Source: Methylococcaceae bacterium
GTDB taxonomy: Bacteria > Pseudomonadota > Gammaproteobacteria > Methylococcales > Methylomonadaceae
Assembly (NCBI GenBank): GCA_041660045.1
Contig: JBAZXA010000003.1
Span: 226,320-290,319 of the forward strand
DNA: 64,000 nucleotides
Direction of reading: 5' to 3'
Each line of letters begins with the position of its first letter. Position 1 is the first letter of the stretch. Below are positions 19,129 through 27,701 of this stretch, piece after piece. Below the pieces are notes generated by a model that saw only the letters and a program-made list of their open reading frames with translations, was not told where the DNA came from and did not search any database. The position numbers and the translations under genes were made by a program.

Positions 19129-22100
19129 TCAAACTTGCCCACCTACACCTTTAAATTTTTCAACAAAAGCGGCAATTTTTTGGAAGACACTTTGTTTTTT
19201 GCTTAAGTATTGCGGATTAAGCGGGCTCATTTTAGGCAGGATTGCGTTGAGCTCAGTGCCGTTTTCACTGGCATACTCACGTTTTAACGATGTGCTGATA
19301 TAACGTTTAGCGGCTTCTGCATTCAGGTTTTCAGCACTAATTAATTCTTCTGCTTCACGTTGTTGTTCAGCTTGGGCAAAGCTAAAGAAAGCATCAATAA
19401 TGCTGGCTTTGTCGATAATGTTGTCCAAGTTGGTTTGGTTAATAAAATCAACCAGCAAACTTTCTTTGGCACGGTTGCCTAAGCTGGCACGAATTAAACG
19501 GCGCACTTCTTCAACCAATGTCGCTTTATCTTTAAGCTTTTTATTGTGCTCGAAAATTAATTCCAGAATGTAATCCAGGTTGATCTCTTGTGATTTAAGC
19601 AGATCAACTTCAAACACCACATCATCCCAATCAATGCTAGAGGTATCTTTTTCGGCAGCAGATTTTTCACGGCGCAGCCAATCACGAATATCGTTATAAG
19701 TTGAACGGTAGTCTTGAATAGTGCGCTCGGCTGGTGTTTTTATCGCTTGCATAGCCACTAAGTCGGCATCGCTTAAATAGTGCTTAGCTTTAAAAGCCTC
19801 TACGGCTGTAGGGTCGGTTATATCTAAGCTTTGTAAGGCTTTTAAGCCCGCAAATTCGTCGTAGTTTTGCAGTACATTCTCAACCCGCAAATATTCACCA
19901 AATAATTTAGCGAAGTCTTTTTTGTCTTTTTCTTTAACGATTGTCTCAGGGTTAGGAAAATGTTGTTGCAACTCCGCCACCACCTCCAAATAACCACGCC
20001 GTGCTTCACCTGTTGCCACATCGGTAAAGCCTTGCATGTATTCCTTGTAGCTTTTCTCCAGCACCACGTTTTTAGTGTTGTTATCACCAAATAAGGTAAT
20101 GGCATCAATTGTGGCTTGCTCTAAATCGCGGAAGGTGACGATATTGCCAAAGGTCTTGGTGGCATCATAAATGCGGTTAGTGCGTGAATAGGCTTGTATC
20201 AAGCCGTGATAGCGCAGGTTTTTATCCACAAATAAGGTGTTCAGGGTGGGCGCATCAAAGCCTGTTAAAAACATACCTACCACAATCAGCAAATCAACTT
20301 CTTGATTTTTTACCCGCATGGCAAGGTCGCGGTAATAGTTTTGAAATTGTTTGCTATCAACGCCGTAATTGGTTTTAAACAGCGCGTTATAGTCCGCAAT
20401 GGCCACACTTAAAAACTCTTTAGCGCTGCTATCCATTGCTGAGAGTTCAAAGCTTTCATCAAGAATATCCCCTACCGCATCTTGCTCTTCATTGGCCGCA
20501 AAAGAAAAAATGGTGGCAATGTTAAACGTTTTATTATTACTGTCTTTTTGTAACTGCTTAAACGCCTCATAGTACAACTTGGCTGCATCCACACTGCTCA
20601 CGGCAAACAGGGCATTAAAGCCTTTACCATTGGCTTGCAGGCGATGCGTTTTTTGCCTAAAGTTGTTTAAGATGTACTGCGAAATTTCTCGAATACGCTC
20701 GGGGTGCAATAAGGCTAGTTTGTTTTCTGCCGCCGTGAGTTTCGTCTGATCTTGTTCGGTTTCAATCGCGTTAAACTGTGGGCGTACATCGTTGTAGTCC
20801 ACTTTAAATTTCAAGACTTTTTCATCGCGAATGGCATCAGTAATCACATAAGCATGCAACTCACGCCCAAACACGCTGGCAGTGGTTTCTGCACCCAAGG
20901 CGTTTTGTGGAAAAATAGGCGTACCGGTAAAACCAAACTGGTAGAATTTTTTGAATTTTTTCTTTAAGTTTTTTTGGGCTTCGCCAAATTGACTACGGTG
21001 GCATTCATCAAAAATAAAGACGACTTGCTTGTTATAAACGGCTAAGTCGCCTTCGCTTTTCATCAGGTTGTTGAGTTTTTGGATGGTGGTGACGATGATT
21101 TTGTTGTCATCCTTATCCAGGTTGCGTTTGAGGCCGGCGGTGCTGTCTGAGCCATTAACGCTTTCCGGCGAAAAGCGCTGGTATTCCTTCATGGTTTGGT
21201 AATCGAGGTCTTTACGGTCCACCACAAAAAAAACCTTATCAATAAACGCAAGCTCGGTCGCCAAGCGCGCTGCTTTAAAGCTGGTTAAGGTTTTGCCTGA
21301 ACCCGTGGTATGCCAAATAAAACCACCACCTTCAAGCGAACTCCAGTTTTTTGCCTGATAAGCACAATTTATTTTCCACAAAATGCGCTCGGTTGCGGCA
21401 ATTTGGTAGGGGCGCATCACCAGCAGCGTATTGCTGACATCAAACACAGAAAATGTAAGCAGCACATTCAACAAAGTATTTTTCTGAAAAAACGTCGCGG
21501 TAAAATCTTTTAAGTCTTTAATCAAGGTATTGTCTGACTTCGCCCAATTCATGGTGAAATCAAAACTGTTTTTATCGCGCTTGGTGGTATTGGCAAAATA
21601 ACGGCTATCGGAACCGTTGGAAATCACGAAAAGCTGCAAATATTTAAACAGTGAATTGTCTTTATTAAAACTCTCTTTACTATAGCGGTGTACTTGGTTA
21701 AAGGCTTCGCGTATGGCCACACCGCGTTTTTTCAACTCAATTTGCACCAAGGGCAAACCATTTACCAAAACGGTGACATCATAACGATTAGCCTGCGAGC
21801 CTTTTTGTTCAAACTGCTTAATCACCTGTACTTTATTACGGGCAATATTTTTCTTATCCAATAGGACAATATTTTGGATATGCCCATCATCAAAGACAAA
21901 ATCGTGGATATAGTCGTCATGAACTTTACGGGTTTTATCAATGCGGTTATCGCTAGGCTTATCTAAATATTCCACAACAAAACGCAGCCATTCACCCTCT
22001 AAAAACTGCACATTGTTCAGGGCTTGCAAAGCCACTCGCACATTGGCCAGCAGCTTCTCAGGCGTGTTTAAATCGGGCGCATAGTCATAACCCTGATTCT

Positions 22101-22230
22101 GCAAATCCTGAATGAATTCGCGCTCCAAATCGTATTCGCTTTGGTAGCTTTCGCTAACTTTATAGTCCTTTATGTATTTATCCAGAACGATGAAGTTATT
22201 AGATTCGGCAATGGTCTTATAGTCGGTCAC
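19129..22230 (-). CDS. hsdR: type I restriction endonuclease R subunit (type IC-like)
   Basis: 1033 aa. The N-terminal nuclease region includes VQIELKKRG. Helicase motifs GSGKT and DECH are present, with [15 protein letters not shown] following. From memory the N-terminus [21 protein letters not shown] resembles EcoR124I HsdR. Confidence 0.9.
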   Translation of the reverse strand: MTDYKTIAESNNFIVLDKYIKDYKVSESYQSEYDLEREFIQDLQNQGYDYAPDLNTPEKLLANVRVALQALNNVQFLEGEWLRFVVEYLDKPSDNRIDKTRKVHDDYIHDFVFDDGHIQNIVLLDKKNIARNKVQVIKQFEQKGSQANRYDVTVLVNGLPLVQIELKKRGVAIREAFNQVHRYSKESFNKDNSLFKYLQLFVISNGSDSRYFANTTKRDKNSFDFTMNWAKSDNTLIKDLKDFTATFFQKNTLLNVLLTFSVFDVSNTLLVMRPYQIAATERILWKINCAYQAKNWSSLEGGGFIWHTTGSGKTLTSFKAARLATELAFIDKVFFVVDRKDLDYQTMKEYQRFSPESVNGSDSTAGLKRNLDKDDNKIIVTTIQKLNNLMKSEGDLAVYNKQVVFIFDECHRSQFGEAQKNLKKKFKKFYQFGFTGTPIFPQNALGAETTASVFGRELHAYVITDAIRDEKVLKFKVDYNDVRPQFNAIETEQDQTKLTAAENKLALLHPERIREISQYILNNFRQKTHRLQANGKGFNALFAVSSVDAAKLYYEAFKQLQKDSNNKTFNIATIFSFAANEEQDAVGDILDESFELSAMDSSAKEFLSVAIADYNALFKTNYGVDSKQFQNYYRDLAMRVKNQEVDLLIVVGMFLTGFDAPTLNTLFVDKNLRYHGLIQAYSRTNRIYDATKTFGNIVTFRDLEQATIDAITLFGDNNTKNVVLEKSYKEYMQGFTDVATGEARRGYLEVVAELQQHFPNPETIVKEKDKKDFAKLFGEYLRVENVLQNYDEFAGLKALQSLDITDPTAVEAFKAKHYLSDADLVAMQAIKTPAERTIQDYRSTYNDIRDWLRREKSAAEKDTSSIDWDDVVFEVDLLKSQEINLDYILELIFEHNKKLKDKATLVEEVRRLIRASLGNRAKESLLVDFINQTNLDNIIDKASIIDAFFSFAQAEQQREAEELISAENLNAEAAKRYISTSLKREYASENGTELNAILPKMSPLNPQYLSKKQSVFQKIAAFVEKFKGVGGQV

Positions 22231-23063
22231 TGGTTTGATTCTCCGTATCCCTGTGCGAGTTCGCTTTCAATCTCTTGCACCGTTGGCAACTGTGACTGCA
22301 CTGACAAGGGAATATCTTTGGTGATGAGCGAACTCACCCCCATGGGCTTGTTGATGTCACGCAAGGCATATTCCACGCCATTTACGGCCAAGGGGTATTG
22401 CCGCCCAAGGAAGGCAAAGCCCTTGCCTAGCTCCAGCAAAAAGCGGGTGATCTGTGCCACCAGCTGGTTTTCGATATCGCGTTCAATCGCCTGTGGTGCG
22501 AGGGTCAGAAAATCGAATACATAAGGGTCTTTCAGGCTCTGTTGCACCAGTTCAGATTGGGGTGCTGGCAAAGTTTGAGCAAAATTGCCAATCGCCTTGC
22601 CCTCGCGCTCGTGAAAACGCTGCTCAATTTGCCACGCTAGCACCGTGCGGCTCCAGCCATGCTCGATGCAGGCCTGCGCGTACAGCAAAACCAGCTCCAC
22701 CGACTTGACCTTGGCCAACAAGGTGCGCACATGCCCCCACGGCATTTGTCCCACAGGCTGTGGGACAAATTCAAACTGCGGACTGAAGAAGGCATAAAAC
22801 TGCCGCATGGCAAACAGGCTAGTACGAGAGAAGCCCTTCATGCCGGGATAAGTGGCCTGCAAGTCCAGCGCCATTTGCTCCACTACCGCCGAACCCCAAG
22901 CGCGCTCGCGTTGCCACGCCTCCAGCTGGCGGCCAATGTCCCAATACAGGTTCAACAACTCCGTATTAACCGCAAATACCGCACGGGTTTGCGATGTTTG
23001 AATACGCTGTTTAATGACTGCCAGACCCTGACGATAATCGCTGTGGTGGGTAATTTCGCTCAT
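22227..23063 (-). CDS. DUF1016 (YhcG-family) protein lacking the PD-(D/E)XK nuclease core
   Basis: Collinear with the paralogue at 25773-26825 except for a missing block of about 67 aa. Start taken at MSEITHH, whose ATG overlaps the TGA of the RhuM remnant. The stop overlaps the hsdR ATG. Confidence 0.7.
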   Translation of the reverse strand: MSEITHHSDYRQGLAVIKQRIQTSQTRAVFAVNTELLNLYWDIGRQLEAWQRERAWGSAVVEQMALDLQATYPGMKGFSRTSLFAMRQFYAFFSPQFEFVPQPVGQMPWGHVRTLLAKVKSVELVLLYAQACIEHGWSRTVLAWQIEQRFHEREGKAIGNFAQTLPAPQSELVQQSLKDPYVFDFLTLAPQAIERDIENQLVAQITRFLLELGKGFAFLGRQYPLAVNGVEYALRDINKPMGVSSLITKDIPLSVQSQLPTVQEIESELAQGYGESNQ

Positions 23064-23423
23064 TCCTCTGTGTCCCATTTTTGCAGTAGTTTTTTCACTT
23101 CACGGTCGAAATCAGATTCGATGCGTTGCTGCTTGTTAAATTTTTCATATTCCGCAAAGGGTTTTGCCCTCAATCGCCCCATGGGCAGTGGTATGTTCCA
23201 AAATGGAACTCACCACATCTTCTTGCAGCTCATTACTTTCAAAAATGTTTTTGAGGTGCTTGGTAATAGCTGGGCGTTGCACGCCAAACAATTCAGCCAT
23301 ACGCTCCTGCGTTAGCCAGATAGTTTCATTACTGAGCAACACTTCCACTTTGATCGCGCCATTGGGCGCAGTGTAGAGCAGGAATTCCGTGGTTTGGTCT
23401 TGCAGACTTAGATGCTTGGACAT
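23060..23423 (-). pseudogene. RhuM-family gene remnant (internal deletion plus frame change)
   Basis: The N-terminal 88 aa (EFLLYTAPNGAIKVEVLLSNETIWLTQERMAELFGVQRPAITKHLKNIFESNELQ) match the RhuM N-terminus. A different frame encodes a typical RhuM C-terminus (PFAEYEKFNKQQRIESDFDREVKKLLQK). The core between them is absent. Confidence 0.6.
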
Positions 23424-23463
23424 AAGCCCTTTCCTTATACGAGCGTGCCAGAAAATTTAATCA

Positions 23464-24579
23464 TTAGTTTCCCACCTGCTGCCAAAAGCCATAGTTGTCT
23501 TTCAAGTGATCGAGCAATAATTTAACCGTCGCCTTCTCCGCTGGTGTCGGCTCTGCAACGGTTTCATTGGACAGCGTGCTATGGCTGGTAAAATTAATAA
23601 TTCTGCTCAGATAGAGCTGTTTGTCATTGGGCAACAGCTCCGCCCACTTAGGATAACCCAGAAAGCTGGCCGTTTTCTCGTAAAGGTTACGCAGCAGCGT
23701 GAAGTGATACTTTTCGACCTTATTTTCAGCAATCGCCAACTCAAGGGTTTGCTTCAAATGTAGATGATAGAAAAAGCTCTTGTTGGAATCGCCTTGCTTT
23801 TCAGTCAAGGCAAAAGTGCCATCTTCAAAACGCTCCAACATGTAGCAGGCTTTGCCATTCAGTTCATTGAATAGGACGTTATAAAACAGCGTGCTGTGTG
23901 TCGTGACGATAAATTTCAAGTCGGAATGGCTGGATTTAATCAAGCCCGCCAAATTGACTGCCAATTCAATCAAGTGATTTTCATCTAACGAGCTAACGGG
24001 ATCATCAATGAAAACGTATTCCAAATTATTAAAAGCTTCAGTTGATCGTTCGGAAGCTTCAGCAATGTTTAATTCGGAAATCATTTGCTCAATCAACGAA
24101 TGAAATACGCTCCAAATAAAATTACTTTCTTCACCTTTTGAAATTTTAATGTTTGATTCTTGCTCAAGATTGCCACGCTCAAATGAAAAGCTGATTGCCG
24201 AAAAATCCGAACTAAAATGCGGCGTTAATTTTTCATTGGTGTAGTGCTGGAAAATAGCGGTAATGTTCTGATCTTGGCCTTGCTCTTCCAGAACCCATCG
24301 AGTGAAAGCATTGGTATGGATTTTTAATTTCGGCTCGGCATCAAGCTGCAAATCATTATCCCAATAGAACAGATCTTCCGTAAACGCACTGTAATAAAGG
24401 ATTTTCTTTTGTGCTAACGCTGAGAATTGCGTGTCTTCATCACCATTTTTCGGCGAAACCAGTTCTTTGAATTCGCGAGAAAGCCGCGTTTTGCCCGTGC
24501 CATTAAAGGCATAGATCAGTTGCACCTTTTTATTGGCGTCTTTCAACAGCTGTGCTATTTCCGTTAGCGTCTTGCTCAT
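23464..24579 (-). CDS. prrC: PrrC-like anticodon nuclease (ABC-type ATPase N-domain + ACNase C-domain)
   Basis: Walker A FNGTGKT, Walker B/D-loop YVFIDDPVSSLD and TTHS. The C-terminal R297-x3-E301-x31-H333 spacing equals that of EcoPrrC Arg320/Glu324/His356 (from memory). The gene sits between hsdS and hsdR, as in the E. coli prr locus. Confidence 0.6.
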   Translation of the reverse strand: MSKTLTEIAQLLKDANKKVQLIYAFNGTGKTRLSREFKELVSPKNGDEDTQFSALAQKKILYYSAFTEDLFYWDNDLQLDAEPKLKIHTNAFTRWVLEEQGQDQNITAIFQHYTNEKLTPHFSSDFSAISFSFERGNLEQESNIKISKGEESNFIWSVFHSLIEQMISELNIAEASERSTEAFNNLEYVFIDDPVSSLDENHLIELAVNLAGLIKSSHSDLKFIVTTHSTLFYNVLFNELNGKACYMLERFEDGTFALTEKQGDSNKSFFYHLHLKQTLELAIAENKVEKYHFTLLRNLYEKTASFLGYPKWAELLPNDKQLYLSRIINFTSHSTLSNETVAEPTPAEKATVKLLLDHLKDNYGFWQQVGN

Positions 24580-24580
24580 G

Positions 24581-25792
24581 TTAGGCCGTTACCTCTTCAG
24601 GCTTGGGAAAGAGCAACAGCAAATCGCGGTAGTATTCGTATTGCTGCCTACGCAATTCAATTTCACGCGGCAAGCCTTCGGTGATGGAGTTCGTTAAGGC
24701 ATCGAATTTATCTAAGATGGCGACGATGCGGGCTTGTTCGGCGAGTGTTGGAATAGGAATACAGATTTTTGAAAACCCTTTAATCAACAGTGTGTTGACT
24801 TTAGTTCGGGCGACATACTTTGCTTTCTTGTCAATGAATGCAGCTGTTTGCATGCAATAGGAAATGAATTTCGGATTCATCGAATGGCGGAAAGCATAAC
24901 AGTGATCGTGAATAGCGACTTTCTCATTGCCAAGCCATGCGACGGCCTTGCCAACATCTTCTACGGTTTCTCCAACATCGGTGATTACAACGTCACCCGG
25001 TTCTGCGTAGCGCAATGTCGTTGCCATTTCCGCGCGAACTTGTGATAGCGCATGGGTGGTTGCAACACCATATCGAGTATAAATTTCGCCATAGTGGATG
25101 ACGCTGATGCCGTCATCCACATAATCCGCTTTGGTAAAACGTTTTCCGCGAATAAATTCGCCAAGTTCTCCCAAGGGTTTCCACTCCACTTTACCATCTT
25201 CAAAGCTTAATAACTGGTCGCGATAGTAGTTGTATTGTTTTTTCCGTGCGGTCAGTTCGGCGGTCAGTTCGGCGGTCAGTTCGGTGAAATTGTCCAAAAT
25301 TCGGACAATTTCACCTTGGATGTTGAGGGGTGGGATGGGAAAGCTATATTCCATTATTTTATCTTTATTACCACGAGGCATTTTCGCGCCTTTAGCATGT
25401 TGCATAGCGTAATCAAAGAATTTTTCATCAGTTAAAACCTGATATAAATACCGTGAATTTACCGTATCGCCAGTTAGATGAATAACCAGCACATCGCCAT
25501 TTGTCCCTCCAATACGATCAGCGTGCCATATCTTTTTTAGATAAGGACGAATATTGCCTATTAAGATGTCATTATCACAATACCCAGTTAAATTACCCCC
25601 AGTAGGCACATAATTGGATTCTGTTTTCCCTGCTCGATTTTGCAAGAGATTATCAACGCCTACATAATTTGTTTTATCTAGTCGGTCAGAATTAATGCGT
25701 GTTTTTGAATACTCCGCCACTTCCCCCAACGCCTTCCATTCCACCTCAACCCCGTTGAGCCTGTCCATGATGTTACTCATCTTCTCCTCCAT
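24581..25792 (-). CDS. hsdS: type I restriction-modification specificity subunit (type IC-like, (TAEL)x3 central repeat)
   Basis: 403 aa with two target-recognition domains, separated by a conserved central region containing TAELTAELTAEL and a matching C-terminal conserved region. The start may instead be the internal MSNIMD at 25780. Confidence 0.9.
   Translation of the reverse strand: MEEKMSNIMDRLNGVEVEWKALGEVAEYSKTRINSDRLDKTNYVGVDNLLQNRAGKTESNYVPTGGNLTGYCDNDILIGNIRPYLKKIWHADRIGGTNGDVLVIHLTGDTVNSRYLYQVLTDEKFFDYAMQHAKGAKMPRGNKDKIMEYSFPIPPLNIQGEIVRILDNFTELTAELTAELTARKKQYNYYRDQLLSFEDGKVEWKPLGELGEFIRGKRFTKADYVDDGISVIHYGEIYTRYGVATTHALSQVRAEMATTLRYAEPGDVVITDVGETVEDVGKAVAWLGNEKVAIHDHCYAFRHSMNPKFISYCMQTAAFIDKKAKYVARTKVNTLLIKGFSKICIPIPTLAEQARIVAILDKFDALTNSITEGLPREIELRRQQYEYYRDLLLLFPKPEEVTA
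25248..25283. repeat. three perfect tandem copies of a 12-bp unit (GCGGTCAGTTCG) inside hsdS
   Basis: Read directly from the sequence. On the minus strand it encodes TAEL-TAEL-TAEL. Confidence 0.95.
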
Positions 25793-26825
25793 TATAGCCT
25801 TGTAATTCCCGCTCTATGTCCTCGATGCTGGGTAGTTGGGTTTGCAGGTTGGTAGGCAGGTCTTCTAATAGCTTATATTCGGCAATGCCCATCGGCTGGC
25901 GGTTATCGCCCAAGGCGTATTCGGCAACGATTTTGTCTTTGCTTTTGCACAGCAATAAGCCAATGGTGCTGCTGTCCTGTTCAGTTTTTATCTGCCTATC
26001 TACTGCGGTCATATAAAAACCCAGTTGTCCTAAGTGCTCAGGTTTAAATTTCCCTGCTTTGAGTTCAATCACCACATAACAGCGCAATTTGAGGTGATAA
26101 AACAATAAGTCGATAAAAAATTCTTCTTCGCCCACTTTCAATAAGACTTGGCGACCTACAAAAGCAAAGCCCGCGCCCAGTTCTAACAAAAATTGCGTCA
26201 CATGCTGCACCAAGGCACGTTCAATTTCGCGCTCTTGTGCTTCATCCGTCAAACCCAGAAAGTCGAAGCGATAAGGGTCTTTGATGGATTCACGAGCAAG
26301 GTCGGAGTCAGGTTTGGGCAGGCGTTGCTCAAAATTAGTCACAGCATTGCCTTGACGCGCTATTAATTGGGTTTCGATTTGCATCGCCAGTATATTGCGC
26401 GACCAGTTGTGTTCTATGGCTTTGGCAGCGTACCAGCGACGGGTTTCCTGATTAGGTAGCTTATCCAGTAGTACCAGATTATGCCCCCACGGCAATTGTG
26501 CAACAGCCTGTTGCACAAACTCGGCATCTGGCCATGCCTCTGCAAAAGCACGCATATATTTTAGGTTGCGCGGCGAAAAGCCTTTCATCTGTGGGAAGGC
26601 AGTGCGTAAGTCGTGGGCAAGCCGTTCGATCACTTTTGCGCCCCAGCCTTGCTGATGTTGTCGGTTCAAGATGTCTTGCCCTATTTGCCAATACAATAAC
26701 ACCAGCTCCTTATTCACCTGCAATATGGCCTGTTGTTGGGCGGTGTGTATGCGCTGTTTTAAATCTTTGAGCCACTCAGTATATTGCTGTGGCATTGGTT
26801 CTAAGGCGGCGTGTTGATTGCTCAT
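25773..26825 (-). CDS. DUF1016 (YhcG-family) PD-(D/E)XK nuclease domain protein, full length
   Basis: 350 aa. It has the YhcG-type N-domain (LPWGHN, EHNWSRN) and a nuclease core FFIDLLFYHLKLRCYVVIELK. Confidence 0.8.
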   Translation of the reverse strand: MSNQHAALEPMPQQYTEWLKDLKQRIHTAQQQAILQVNKELVLLYWQIGQDILNRQHQQGWGAKVIERLAHDLRTAFPQMKGFSPRNLKYMRAFAEAWPDAEFVQQAVAQLPWGHNLVLLDKLPNQETRRWYAAKAIEHNWSRNILAMQIETQLIARQGNAVTNFEQRLPKPDSDLARESIKDPYRFDFLGLTDEAQEREIERALVQHVTQFLLELGAGFAFVGRQVLLKVGEEEFFIDLLFYHLKLRCYVVIELKAGKFKPEHLGQLGFYMTAVDRQIKTEQDSSTIGLLLCKSKDKIVAEYALGDNRQPMGIAEYKLLEDLPTNLQTQLPSIEDIERELQGYNGGEDE

Positions 26826-26827
26826 GG

Positions 26828-27433
26828 CTACAGCTCCTCGGTTTTAAATTCGCTATAGCCTTCATAGTAATAGCTCACATCAATGCCTTTCATAAACAGC
26901 GCACGGTCATGGATTTGGTCGGTTAAGGCTTGTTTGAGCAGTACTTTAATTTCAATGTCTTTCACGACACTGCGCTGCATGGCGGAGAGGTAATCCTCTT
27001 TATCGACTTGATTCCAATCCACCACTTGTTTGATTTGGCTTTTGAGTAGGAGGTCAAGCCAGATGCGGGTGGCGCGTCCGTTGCCCTCGCGAAACGGGTG
27101 GGCGATGTTCATTTCCACATATTTTTCGATGATTTCGTCAAAGGTGTATTGCGGCATGGCGTCGATATGTTTTAACGATACGTCTAAATACATCAGCGGC
27201 GCGAAACGGAAGCTACCTTTGGCGATATTTACATCGCGGAGTTTGCCAGCGAAGTTATAAATATCGCCAAATAAATAGGCATGAATAAAGGACAGTCCGG
27301 CGAAAGTGCCTATTTCCACCTTGGTAATATCGCCCGAGTCAAAAAGTTGCTTGGCTTTTTGTTTGCTGATTTTTTCTTCGGCTTTTGCCAGTTCGATTTG
27401 ATCTGTGATGTTTAATTTGTTTTCCAGAATCAT
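26828..27433 (-). CDS. fic: class III Fic-domain AMP-transferase (NmFic-like)
   Basis: Fic motif HPFREGNGRATR. The C-terminal helix SYYYEG matches the (S/T)xxxE(G/N) auto-inhibition motif. 201 aa. Confidence 0.85.
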   Translation of the reverse strand: MILENKLNITDQIELAKAEEKISKQKAKQLFDSGDITKVEIGTFAGLSFIHAYLFGDIYNFAGKLRDVNIAKGSFRFAPLMYLDVSLKHIDAMPQYTFDEIIEKYVEMNIAHPFREGNGRATRIWLDLLLKSQIKQVVDWNQVDKEDYLSAMQRSVVKDIEIKVLLKQALTDQIHDRALFMKGIDVSYYYEGYSEFKTEEL

Positions 27434-27689
27434 GTTGTGCCCTTTGGTGTGTCATGAATTTGGGATTTCAGCCATTCACGACCAGAACCAGATTTGAAGT
27501 ATTTTTCTCTTGCAACAGCTTCTTGTTCTGTATTGAAGGTTTCGTAATAAGCTATTTTCACGGGCTTATTATTGCTGTGTACTTTGCTCCATTACCACTC
27601 AAATGTTGTTGATAACGGTACTCAAGGTTATTGGTAAAACCCTTGTAATATGATCCATCATCACAAAGCAACACATATGTATAAAACAT
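27430..27689 (-). pseudogene. GIY-YIG nuclease family gene with a 1-nt frameshift
   Basis: Hand translation gives MFYTYVLLCDDGSYYKGFTNNLEYRYQQHLSGNGAKYT, then a stop after 5 more codons. The adjacent frame continues SNNKPVKIAYYETFNTEQEAVAREKYFKSGSGREWLK, ending in a TGA that overlaps the fic ATG. The span is 260 nt, which is not a multiple of 3. Confidence 0.65.
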
Positions 27690-27701
27690 GAGTTACGCCT
27701 C

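Noticed and set aside
25230-25435. The 12-bp tandem repeat considered as a possible CRISPR or minisatellite, and two plus-strand ORFs (25230-25412 and 25235-25435) crossing it.
   Set aside because: There are only three contiguous units with no spacers. The repeat lies in frame within hsdS and encodes the known TAEL motif. The plus-strand ORFs are antisense artefacts.
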